This document shows, one piece after another, positions 10,735-19,368 of a stretch of DNA of 64,000 bases. The stretch is from a candidate division WOR-3 bacterium (GTDB taxonomy: Bacteria; Hydrothermota; Tepidihabitantia; Tepidihabitantales; Tepidihabitantaceae). Location: positions 1 to 64,000 of the forward strand of contig CBFGIT010000017.1 of assembly GCA_965648905.1 (NCBI GenBank), read 5' to 3'. Under the pieces are notes generated by a model. That model saw only the letters and a program-made list of their open reading frames with translations. It was not told where the DNA came from and searched no databases. How positions within the stretch are numbered: the stretch's first letter is position 1; every line of letters begins with the position of its first letter. The translations under genes were made by a program, and so were the position numbers.

Positions 10735-10922
10735 GGCTCACGGGAGGCACAGTGTTCTGGTCTGAGACTGCGGTCTGTGTCTGCACAATGGCCGCGTCGA
10801 GGTCGACCGGCCAGTGGCTTTTCGCCACGAACCCCATCATCTGCTGCGAGCCGGGCGCATCCGGCCCGGGTCGGCAGTCTGTTATCTTCAACGCTGCAAC
10901 GTGCTTCCGGGTGTTTACCCGG
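10735..10922 (+). ncRNA. Putative structured ncRNA or 5' leader (6S-like closing stem)
   Basis: Nested pairings GGAGGCAC/GTGCTTCC, AGTGTT/AACGCT and AGACTGC/GCAGTCT plus internal hairpins, directly after a perfect promoter. Confidence 0.45.
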
Positions 10923-10941
10923 CAGGACTAGAGGAGGAGTC

Positions 10942-12144
10942 ATGAGGTCTGTTCTGGTCTTGACAGTTCTTGCCGTCGTCTCGCCAGCGCCCGGCTGGCG
11001 GCTTGTCGGACTGGCTGGCCAACGGGTCATCGCCATCACCAATGCCACAAGAGACTTCTGCTACGCGGCAACCGAGTCGGTTGTGTACCGCGGAGACCGA
11101 AACAACTGGTACTTTCCGGTCTATCGCTACGGTCCTCACCCGGACATCCGCGTACGGATCAAAGAGGGCGTTCAGAATGCCGGTCAGCCGGCCTGCCTGG
11201 CCTGGGGCTGGGGTTCGCGCTCAGACGGAGTCTGGCTGAGCACGGACAACGGCTCGAACTGGCACGTGGGAACGTACATGCTTTTCCCGGCAGCGCTCGA
11301 TGCGGTCTGGGAGTACTACTCTCCTTCGGGCCTGATACTTGTGGGCAGCGATACCCTTGATAACCCGCCGATGCGCTCGACCGATGCCGGAACAAGCTGG
11401 CACCCGTGCGGTTCCGGGCTGCCGGCAAACCAGGTGCGCTGCTTCGCCGTCAAGGGCGACAATCGACGCTACGCGGTCTGCGGCACCAAAGGACACGGTC
11501 TGTACTTCAGTCAAGACACCGGTGCCACATGGCAGTTTTGGGGCCCGGACAGCAGTGCCGACGTGCTAGATGCGACCTGGCTTGAGGGCACGGTTCTTGT
11601 TCTTGCCAGAGTGCGTGATACGACTGCGGTCTGGAGCACGGGCGATACCGGACGAACCTGGGCGCGCGAGTTGTTTCTGCCGGGCGGGACCGGGCTTTCG
11701 TTCAACCGGGCGTGTCAGGTCGGCAGCTTCGGCATCTACGAGCGCGGCAACCCGTGGCAGCCGGATACCTGGGGCCTTACCTGTCAGTCGGTCCGCTGCA
11801 TCAGCAGCGCTTTCTATGGCGCGTTCTGGTATGCTGGTACGGACAGCGGCGTGTTCCATCAGGATATGACGCCCGGAGTTGAGCAGGAACTGAGGAATGA
11901 AGATGAAGGCACAAGGAAGGCGGCATTGGTCGTGCGCGGGGTGCTGTGGCTTTCCCGGGGGGACGGCACCCCTGCCGCCATGAGACGAGGTCAAGAGACC
12001 TCGCCCACAATCCTGCTTGACGCCTGCGCCAGGAAGGTGATGGCGCTGCGCCCCGGCCCGAATGACGTGCGGCATCTCGCACCGGGGGTGTACTTCATTT
12101 GCCCGGCGCCGTCGGCCGTCTGCAGGGTCGTCGTGACGAGATAG
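10942..12144 (+). CDS. Exported BNR/Asp-box repeat protein with short C-terminal sorting-like tail
   Basis: GGAGG RBS, hydrophobic N-terminus, STDNGSNW/STDAGTSW/SQDTGATW Asp-boxes, tail PGPNDVRHLAPGVYF. Confidence 0.75.
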   Translation: MRSVLVLTVLAVVSPAPGWRLVGLAGQRVIAITNATRDFCYAATESVVYRGDRNNWYFPVYRYGPHPDIRVRIKEGVQNAGQPACLAWGWGSRSDGVWLSTDNGSNWHVGTYMLFPAALDAVWEYYSPSGLILVGSDTLDNPPMRSTDAGTSWHPCGSGLPANQVRCFAVKGDNRRYAVCGTKGHGLYFSQDTGATWQFWGPDSSADVLDATWLEGTVLVLARVRDTTAVWSTGDTGRTWARELFLPGGTGLSFNRACQVGSFGIYERGNPWQPDTWGLTCQSVRCISSAFYGAFWYAGTDSGVFHQDMTPGVEQELRNEDEGTRKAALVVRGVLWLSRGDGTPAAMRRGQETSPTILLDACARKVMALRPGPNDVRHLAPGVYFICPAPSAVCRVVVTR

Positions 12145-12153
12145 GAGGTCAGA

Positions 12154-14511
12154 ATGAAGATGCTCAGTGTGCTGTTGGCAAGCTGCTGGCTATCTGCCGC
12201 ATCGGCGCAGTGGCTGGAGAAGACGGTCTATGTTACCGATTCGCTGTGCGGGCTTGAGGGCCCGCAGTCACTTGCCTACAACCCGGTCAATAATACGATC
12301 TACGTCGGTGGCCAGTACGGAGATGGCGTCATCGCTATTGACGGCAGGTCCAACCTGAAGGTGGCTCGCATCCCGGCCGGCAAGCTGGTCACGGCCATCT
12401 GCGTCAACCCGCAGAACAACAAGGTCTACGCCGCCAACGGCTGGAGCCACACCGTCACTGTGATCGACGGCGCGACGAACTCCGTCATCGCGAATCTTCC
12501 CGGCTGGAGTCCGGCTGCGCTGTGCTACAACTCGCAGAACAACAAGGTCTACGTCGCCAACTGGGGCAACTGCACGGTGACGGTAATTGACGGGGTGGCG
12601 AACTCGATTGTCGCGGTCCTGGAGGCAGGCCACAGGCCCTGGCGCCTCTGCTACAACCCGACCAGCAACCGCGTGTACTGCGCACTCGACGTCGACGACG
12701 ACGTAATGGTGATTGACGGTGCGACGGACTCAATCATCGCGACCGTGCCCACGGGCGACTGGCCCTATGCTCTCTGCTTCAACCCGACCAACAACAAGGT
12801 GTACAGCGCGAACTACTCCGGCGGCGACGTGACGGTGATTGACGGCGCGACGAACGGCGTTGTCGCCACCGTGAGAACGGGCGAAGGCCCGTTTGCCCTC
12901 TGCTACAATTCGCAGAACAACAAGGTCTACTGCGCGAGTCAGATTAGCGACAGCGTGCAGGTGATTGACGGTGCGACGGACTCGGTCATCGCATCCGTGC
13001 GTTCGTACCGCCGACCCCGGGTCCTCTGCTATAACCAGCAGAACAACCGGGTCTACTGCGCGAACGGCTACACCATGAACGTGAGGGTGATTGACGGCGC
13101 GACGAATCAGGTAATCGCCACCGTAGCCGTGGGCGACTACCCCATGGACTTCTGCTACAACCCGCTGGACAACAAGGTCTATTGCGCGAATTCCGGCAGC
13201 GGCGACGTGACGGTGATTGACGGCGCGACGAACGGCGTTGTCGCCACCGTGACGGTCGGCGTGGGGCCGCGTGCCGTCTGCTACAATCCCCAGGACAACA
13301 AGGCGTACTGCGCGAACGAGTTGGGAGCCAGCGTTTCGGTCATCAACGGCGCGACGAACGGCCCTATCGCGAACGTGGCCACGGGCGACAATCCCTGGGC
13401 CTTATGCTACAACCCGCAGGGCAACAAGGTATACTGCGCCAACGCCTTGAGCAACAGCGTCACGATTATCGACGGGACGACAAACGGTGTCATCGCCAGC
13501 GTGGCAGCCGGGGTCAGTCCGTTCGCGCTCTGCTACAATCAGGCGGACGACAGAGTCTACTGCGCGAACATGTACGGTCGCGACGTGACGGTGATAGACG
13601 GCGAAACCGACTCGGTCATCGCGACCATCGCCGTGGGTTCGAACCCGTACGCCTTGTGCATCAACCCGCTGGCTAACAAAGTCTACTGCGCCAACCAGGG
13701 CAGCGGCACCGTCACAGTCATAGACGGCACGAGCAACCGGGTCATAGCCACCGTGACGTCGGGCGCCAAGCCTACCGCTCTCTGCTTCAACCCGACCAAC
13801 AACAAGGTATACAGCGCGAACCAGGACGGCGGCAACGTTGCCGTGATAGACGGCGCGAGCAACCAGGTCATCGCGACCGTGCCCACGGGCGACTGGCCCC
13901 GTGCTCTCTGCTTCAACCCGACCAACAACAAGGTGTACAGCGCCAACTATGCCGGCGGCGACGTGACGGTGATAGACGGCGCGAGCAATCAGGTCATCGC
14001 CACAGTTGCCATCGGCCAGTACGGCGGTGCCCTATGCTACAATCTACAGAACAACAAGGTCTACTGCGCGCACGACTGGCTCGGCACAGTGACCGTGATT
14101 GACGGCGTGACAGACTCGGTCATCGGCGTCGTTGACGTCGGAGGCGAGCCCCTGGCGTTTGCCCAGAACCCGGGGGAGAACCGGACATACGTAGCGAATC
14201 GCGGGAATTCGAGCGTCTCAATCCTGCGGGATTTGATGTCGGGAATCGAGGAAGGCCCGAGGCCGCCGGCCCCAAGCCCCAAGCTGGATGCCACGGTCGT
14301 GCACGGCGTGCTGTGGCTCGGCGCAGGGACCGCACCTCGGTCTGGTGCGTCCGGCGCACTGGGGCTGTCCCGCGCCGGCCTGCTCGACGCGGCCGGCCGG
14401 CGGGTGATGGACCTTCAGCCCGGCGCCAACGACGTCCGACATCTTGCGCCGGGTGTGTACTTCATCGGTTCGGGACGGTCAGCCGTCCGCAGGGTCATCG
14501 TAGTAAGATAG
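12154..14511 (+). CDS. Exported YVTN/YncE-type beta-propeller repeat protein (16 repeats) with tail
   Basis: Signal peptide, 16 ~42-aa repeats LCYNPxNNKVYCAN..VTVIDG, tail QPGANDVRHLAPGVYF. Confidence 0.88.
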   Translation: MKMLSVLLASCWLSAASAQWLEKTVYVTDSLCGLEGPQSLAYNPVNNTIYVGGQYGDGVIAIDGRSNLKVARIPAGKLVTAICVNPQNNKVYAANGWSHTVTVIDGATNSVIANLPGWSPAALCYNSQNNKVYVANWGNCTVTVIDGVANSIVAVLEAGHRPWRLCYNPTSNRVYCALDVDDDVMVIDGATDSIIATVPTGDWPYALCFNPTNNKVYSANYSGGDVTVIDGATNGVVATVRTGEGPFALCYNSQNNKVYCASQISDSVQVIDGATDSVIASVRSYRRPRVLCYNQQNNRVYCANGYTMNVRVIDGATNQVIATVAVGDYPMDFCYNPLDNKVYCANSGSGDVTVIDGATNGVVATVTVGVGPRAVCYNPQDNKAYCANELGASVSVINGATNGPIANVATGDNPWALCYNPQGNKVYCANALSNSVTIIDGTTNGVIASVAAGVSPFALCYNQADDRVYCANMYGRDVTVIDGETDSVIATIAVGSNPYALCINPLANKVYCANQGSGTVTVIDGTSNRVIATVTSGAKPTALCFNPTNNKVYSANQDGGNVAVIDGASNQVIATVPTGDWPRALCFNPTNNKVYSANYAGGDVTVIDGASNQVIATVAIGQYGGALCYNLQNNKVYCAHDWLGTVTVIDGVTDSVIGVVDVGGEPLAFAQNPGENRTYVANRGNSSVSILRDLMSGIEEGPRPPAPSPKLDATVVHGVLWLGAGTAPRSGASGALGLSRAGLLDAAGRRVMDLQPGANDVRHLAPGVYFIGSGRSAVRRVIVVR

Positions 14512-14520
14512 GGGGGCATG

Positions 14521-16845
14521 ATGAAGGTGCTCGGTGTGTTGCTGGCTGCAAGCTGCTGGCTGTCAGTTGCATCAGCGCAGTGGCAGGTGGACTATGTGCT
14601 GTTGCCTGACTCGATGAGCGGAGCCCGCCGGACAAGTACGGTGTTGTACAATCCGGGCAACAACACGGTTCTTGTTGCTGGTCGGGAAGGTGCGGTAGTT
14701 GTCCTTGACGGTGTGACCAGCCGCAAGGTTGCTCGAATCCCGACCATCGGCCGGACCGGGCCGATGTGCTACAATCCGGTCGAGAACAAGGTCTACGTGG
14801 CGCAGAACAATGGGAACAGCCTGCTGGTGATTGACGCCGCGGCCAACCGGGCAATAGGTACGGTGTCGGCTCCAGCTCTTGACCTGTGCTATAACCCGGT
14901 AATGAACCGCGTGTATGCAGTCGGATGGGACACCGTGACCGCAGTAGCCTGTGACCGCGACTCGGTCGTTGCGGCCATCGCACTCCCGAGTTACAGTGAG
15001 GATATCTGCTGCGTCACCCGGGGCAACAAGGTGTACTGCGTGATGGACGACGAAGACGTGGCAGTCATCGACTGCAGCCGGGACACCATTGTCAGGTTCT
15101 TCTACAGCGGGGCCGGGCCCTATGACATGCTCTACAACCATCGCAGCAACCGGGTATACATCAGCGAAGACCGCGATGAGGACGTCACGGTCGTCGACGC
15201 GGTCCGCGACGTGGTTGTCCGCTGGCTGCCCGCGGGCTACAGCCCGGACACGATGTGCCTGAATACGGTCTCGAACAAGGTCTATGTCACCGACGCCAGT
15301 GGAGACTGGCTGACGATCATCGACTGCGCGCGCGACACGGTTCTCCCGCCCATCTTCATCGGCCCCGAACACTCCGGCATCACCTTCGACTCGCTCGACA
15401 ACCTGGTCTACCTTGCGCTGACCTCGGACAGCGCCGCGGTTATTGATGGCAGGGGCGATTCGGCGGTCGCTTCATTCAGGGTCGGCCGCGACCCGGCCGG
15501 GATGTGCTACAACGCGCGGCAGAACCTGGTTTACGTGGCTGAGCAGACTTCGTCAGAGGTCGGAGTGTTTCGTGGGTTGACCAACGAACTGGTGGCGAGG
15601 CCGCGGTTCTGGTGCGAGTTGGGCAACATGGCACGCCGTCCGATTGCCGACGAGGTCTGGGGCGTAGCCGAAGACCAGAAGCTGGCGGTATTCAGTCCGA
15701 CGCTGCGTCGCGTCGCCCGGTTCGTACCGCTGAGCTTCCCAATATCAGACCTGTTCTACGTTCCGGAACTGGACAAGGTCTATGCGGGCTCCCGCTATGA
15801 GGTCCGCGATACCGTCCTGGTGGTGCACTGCAACAGGGACAGCGTGGTCCCGGTTTCAGGCATCAGATGTTGGCTTGCTGACCTGTGCTGCGTTCCAGCG
15901 CTGAACAAGGTCTACGTCTGCGCGGGGTACGACCCAGGCGTTGCGGTGCTCGATGCCGCGGGCGACACGCTGCTGAGACGAATCCTCCCCGGCTCAGTAC
16001 TCACGGCATTGGAGTGCAGCCGTCAGCACAATCGCGTGTTCGCTGCGGATCCTAACCACGGTTGTGTCCGGGTGATTGACGTCGCAACCGACTCGCTCGT
16101 TGCCTCGACATCGGTCAACAACGTTGAGCAACTGCTCTATGTCGCGGATCACCGGTTGCTTTTCTGCCTTCCTGACTACTACAGCCCGTACCCGGCGGTG
16201 ATCGCGGTCGACCCAGATTCGAACCGGGTCATCCGGACCATTTGGCTTGAGTCCGGGCCCAACACCATGCTCTACAGTTCGTCCCGGAACAAGCTGTATG
16301 TCTCACTTGACACCTGTATTGTCGTGATTGACGTCCCCACTCTCGTCGTCCGCGCCCGGGTTCCGGTCCGGTTACCGGTGATACAGATGGCCTATGATAC
16401 GGCGTCCGAGCGGCTGTACGGCGTCTGCCGGCGATCTCTCGTGAGCAAGCTGATTGTCATTGACGGTCGCGGGGACAGCATCGTGAGCGGCCCTGCGGTC
16501 GACAGCAGCTTCGACACGGTGCTCTGGGACCAACAGCGCAGAAGGCTGTATCTATCGTACCTGAATCGGTCCATGCTCGCCGTGGTTACCGATACTGCCC
16601 ACGTCGGTTTGCCCGGCGAGCCAGGTCTGACCACACGGCCGCCGACCATCGTCCGTGGGGTGCTGCACCTGGAGGCAGGAGGCGAAGAGCGAAAGGGGCA
16701 TGGCGCGCTGCTCGACGCGACCGGCCGGAAGGTGATGGACCTTCAGCCCGGCGCCAACGACGTCCGACATCTTGCGCCGGGTGTGTACTTCGTGCGGGAG
16801 GCGTCCGGCACAGAGCACGTGTCCAAGGTTGTTCTGAGCCGCTGA
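14521..16845 (+). CDS. Exported YVTN/YncE-type beta-propeller protein with tail
   Basis: Same signal peptide as 21775..23850, more divergent repeats, same tail. Confidence 0.85.
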   Translation: MKVLGVLLAASCWLSVASAQWQVDYVLLPDSMSGARRTSTVLYNPGNNTVLVAGREGAVVVLDGVTSRKVARIPTIGRTGPMCYNPVENKVYVAQNNGNSLLVIDAAANRAIGTVSAPALDLCYNPVMNRVYAVGWDTVTAVACDRDSVVAAIALPSYSEDICCVTRGNKVYCVMDDEDVAVIDCSRDTIVRFFYSGAGPYDMLYNHRSNRVYISEDRDEDVTVVDAVRDVVVRWLPAGYSPDTMCLNTVSNKVYVTDASGDWLTIIDCARDTVLPPIFIGPEHSGITFDSLDNLVYLALTSDSAAVIDGRGDSAVASFRVGRDPAGMCYNARQNLVYVAEQTSSEVGVFRGLTNELVARPRFWCELGNMARRPIADEVWGVAEDQKLAVFSPTLRRVARFVPLSFPISDLFYVPELDKVYAGSRYEVRDTVLVVHCNRDSVVPVSGIRCWLADLCCVPALNKVYVCAGYDPGVAVLDAAGDTLLRRILPGSVLTALECSRQHNRVFAADPNHGCVRVIDVATDSLVASTSVNNVEQLLYVADHRLLFCLPDYYSPYPAVIAVDPDSNRVIRTIWLESGPNTMLYSSSRNKLYVSLDTCIVVIDVPTLVVRARVPVRLPVIQMAYDTASERLYGVCRRSLVSKLIVIDGRGDSIVSGPAVDSSFDTVLWDQQRRRLYLSYLNRSMLAVVTDTAHVGLPGEPGLTTRPPTIVRGVLHLEAGGEERKGHGALLDATGRKVMDLQPGANDVRHLAPGVYFVREASGTEHVSKVVLSR

Positions 16846-16860
16846 GAGCAACCCGGGGGC

Positions 16861-16888
16861 TTGACTGCACACCCCCGGGCGCTATGAT
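16861..16888 (+). promoter_or_regulatory. sigma70-type promoter of the two-component operon
   Basis: TTGACT-N16-TATGAT, 8 nt before the ATG; the -35 box lies inside an inverted repeat CCCGGGGG/CCCCCGGG (16852-16879). Confidence 0.6.
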
Positions 16889-16896
16889 TCAGCGTC

Positions 16897-19320
16897 ATGC
16901 GACGGCCCAGTCAAGTGCTGTTGCTGCTTGGGGCGCTGGTTGCACTGGCGCCCGGGGTCCGTCGGTTGAATGAGTCAAGGGGGCGGGCAAACATCGCTGC
17001 GACGGCAGTCGTTCCGATTGACGTCGACGGCGACGGCAACGACGAGCTTTACTGCCTGGAACACACCCGACACACTATCTGCGACCAGCGGGGCATCATC
17101 CGCTGGCGGTTCGAGGACGTTGCTCCGCGTCCGGCCGCGGGCGCACCCTGGCTTGTGGCAGACGTCACCGGCGATGGCACGCCTGAGGTTGTGGTCCCGG
17201 CCGCTAGTCACGAATCGACCTTCGTCTTCTGGTTCGACCTCAAGACGCGCCAGTTGCGGCATCACGTCATCAGGCCGAAGCAGGTGCTGCGTGGTGAGCG
17301 CTGGGCCGTCGTCGCAATGGCAGCGGTAGACATCGACGATGATGGAATCAACGAACTACTGGTCGGGCTGGACGAGCATCGGGGCCGGTACGGGCAGGTG
17401 TGTGCTTCGGACTGCCATCGAGACGCGCGGCTCTGGTCAGCGCTGACCGGGCCGGGTATCTGGTGCTTGCTCGCTGACGACGTCACCGGCGATGAGCTTC
17501 CGGAAGTCCTGGCGGGAATCCGGCCGCGGTTCGCTCCGGACAGGCAGCCGGATGCGCTTCGTGCCCCGGGCGTAACTGCTGACACGACCGCGCGGATCGT
17601 CTGCTTGGACCGGACTGGAAGAGAGCTTTGGAGCTATCGGCCCGCTGCACCCGTGTCCGAGTGTCGTTCCGTGGCGCTCAACGTTGCGCACGTTCGTCGC
17701 GAAGACCTGTCGGTGCCGGTCGTGCTCGACCGCTCAGACGCGCTCGAAGCCGGGCCTGACGTGCTGGGTGTGCTGAGCGGAGATGATGGTCGCGTGGTGC
17801 TGCAGTCGCCCCAGTTGCGCCGAGCCCGTCTGGTGCAGTTCGCAATCGCTGACCTGGAATACGACGGAGTGCCTGAGATTGTCACCACGGACAGCCGCGG
17901 CGGAGTCGAGGTCAGAGACGTCAGTCTCAAACTGCTGAGGACTGCGATGCTCGACGACCTGGTCGACTCCCTCGTTGCGATGGAGATACCCGGTGCGAAA
18001 GGTCAGCAGGTCGCCGCAGTACAGGGACGCGCGACTACGATTCTGGACAGCCGCCTGCAGGTGCTGGGCCGGGTCGTCAGTGGGACCGGCATATCAAGGG
18101 CGACTCCGCTGCGCAACGGCCTGCGGGGACCGGTTCGGTTTCTACTCGAAGATTCGGCGTCCAGTTCCACGAGTGTCAGAACGTTCCGGGTCGAGGGAAT
18201 GGTGCTGCCGCCGAAACAATTTCCCTGGTTCCCGCTCGTGGCCGGAGTATTGCTGGTTCTTGTCACCGGTGTTGGGTTCGCGTTGTACACGAACGCGTTT
18301 CGCACGGCCGCACTGCGACGGCTATCGCATCGGGCTGTGGAGAGTGCGGGTCTTGCGGTGCTGGACCGCGCTGGACGCATTGCGCCGGTCGACGGCCGCG
18401 CCCGGTTGCTGTTGTCCGAGTACGCGCAAGCAGGGCGCCTTGACATTGGGATGTTGCTTGCCTGTCCGGAGTTCGAGCCTCTGCGCCGGACACTGGAGAC
18501 CGTGCAGTCAGGGACGATGAGAGCAGCGCAATGTGAGGTAGTGCTGCTCGTTGACCAAATGCCCCGGGCTTTTCGGGTCACTGTGTCCGCGTCGATTCTT
18601 GGCTCCTGCCTGCTCGCGTTTGAGGACCTCTCAGCGGTTGAGTATGTCCGGCACATCCGTGAATGGGGGCCGGTGGCGCAGCGCATGGCGCACGGCATCA
18701 AGAACCCGCTGACTGCGATGTCTCTGACCCTGCAGCGCATGAGGAGAGACTGCCCGCCCAAGACTCAGGAGCAGGTTGAGAGCCTGATGGAGGAGGTTGA
18801 CCGGCTGCGTCGGATGGCGGACGGGTTCATGCGGTTCATCAAGCTCGAACCGCCCCGACTTGTGCCTGAGGACCTGAACGCAGTCATCCGCGATTGCCTG
18901 GACAAGTACGGTTCAATGGGGCCTGATGGTATCACGGTCGAGTGTGCGTTGACTGACCTGCCACGGGTGCCGCTCGACCGAGCGCAGTTCAGTTCGGCCT
19001 TCGAGAACCTGTTAGATAACGCAGTCGCGGCCATGGGTGAGCAGGGCATACTGCGCGTATCGACCGAGCTTCTCAAGCCCCGGCGTCAGACTGACCGTCA
19101 CCGTGTCGCGGTCAGGATACAGGACACCGGTCAGGGTATTCCCGGCCGGTACCTTGAGCGGCTGTTCGAGCCGTACTTCTCCTTGAGGCCGGGGGGGACC
19201 GGTCTGGGCATGTGTATTGCAAAGAGAGTGGTCGAAGACCATAATGGCACCATTACTGTTGAGAGCACCGAAGGCGTGGGCACCACGGTTACGATTCTGT
19301 TGCCGTTGGAGCAGAGGTGA
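16897..19320 (+). CDS. Sensor histidine kinase with extracytoplasmic FG-GAP repeat domain
   Basis: DVDGDGNDEL/DVTGDGTPEV/DIDDDGINEL repeats, one TM helix, H-box MAHGIKNPL, N-box NLLDNA, G boxes DTGQGI and GGTGLG. Confidence 0.9.
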   Translation: MRRPSQVLLLLGALVALAPGVRRLNESRGRANIAATAVVPIDVDGDGNDELYCLEHTRHTICDQRGIIRWRFEDVAPRPAAGAPWLVADVTGDGTPEVVVPAASHESTFVFWFDLKTRQLRHHVIRPKQVLRGERWAVVAMAAVDIDDDGINELLVGLDEHRGRYGQVCASDCHRDARLWSALTGPGIWCLLADDVTGDELPEVLAGIRPRFAPDRQPDALRAPGVTADTTARIVCLDRTGRELWSYRPAAPVSECRSVALNVAHVRREDLSVPVVLDRSDALEAGPDVLGVLSGDDGRVVLQSPQLRRARLVQFAIADLEYDGVPEIVTTDSRGGVEVRDVSLKLLRTAMLDDLVDSLVAMEIPGAKGQQVAAVQGRATTILDSRLQVLGRVVSGTGISRATPLRNGLRGPVRFLLEDSASSSTSVRTFRVEGMVLPPKQFPWFPLVAGVLLVLVTGVGFALYTNAFRTAALRRLSHRAVESAGLAVLDRAGRIAPVDGRARLLLSEYAQAGRLDIGMLLACPEFEPLRRTLETVQSGTMRAAQCEVVLLVDQMPRAFRVTVSASILGSCLLAFEDLSAVEYVRHIREWGPVAQRMAHGIKNPLTAMSLTLQRMRRDCPPKTQEQVESLMEEVDRLRRMADGFMRFIKLEPPRLVPEDLNAVIRDCLDKYGSMGPDGITVECALTDLPRVPLDRAQFSSAFENLLDNAVAAMGEQGILRVSTELLKPRRQTDRHRVAVRIQDTGQGIPGRYLERLFEPYFSLRPGGTGLGMCIAKRVVEDHNGTITVESTEGVGTTVTILLPLEQR

Positions 19321-19368
19321 CGAACACGCGAATCCGACTGATGGCCGGACAAGCAGGACGGTAGCCGA

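Noticed and set aside
12260..14220. CRISPR array or DGR template/variable repeat pair
   Set aside because: The repeats are in-frame 126-bp protein repeats. There are no spacers, cas genes or reverse transcriptase, and no adenine-restricted mismatch pattern was evident.
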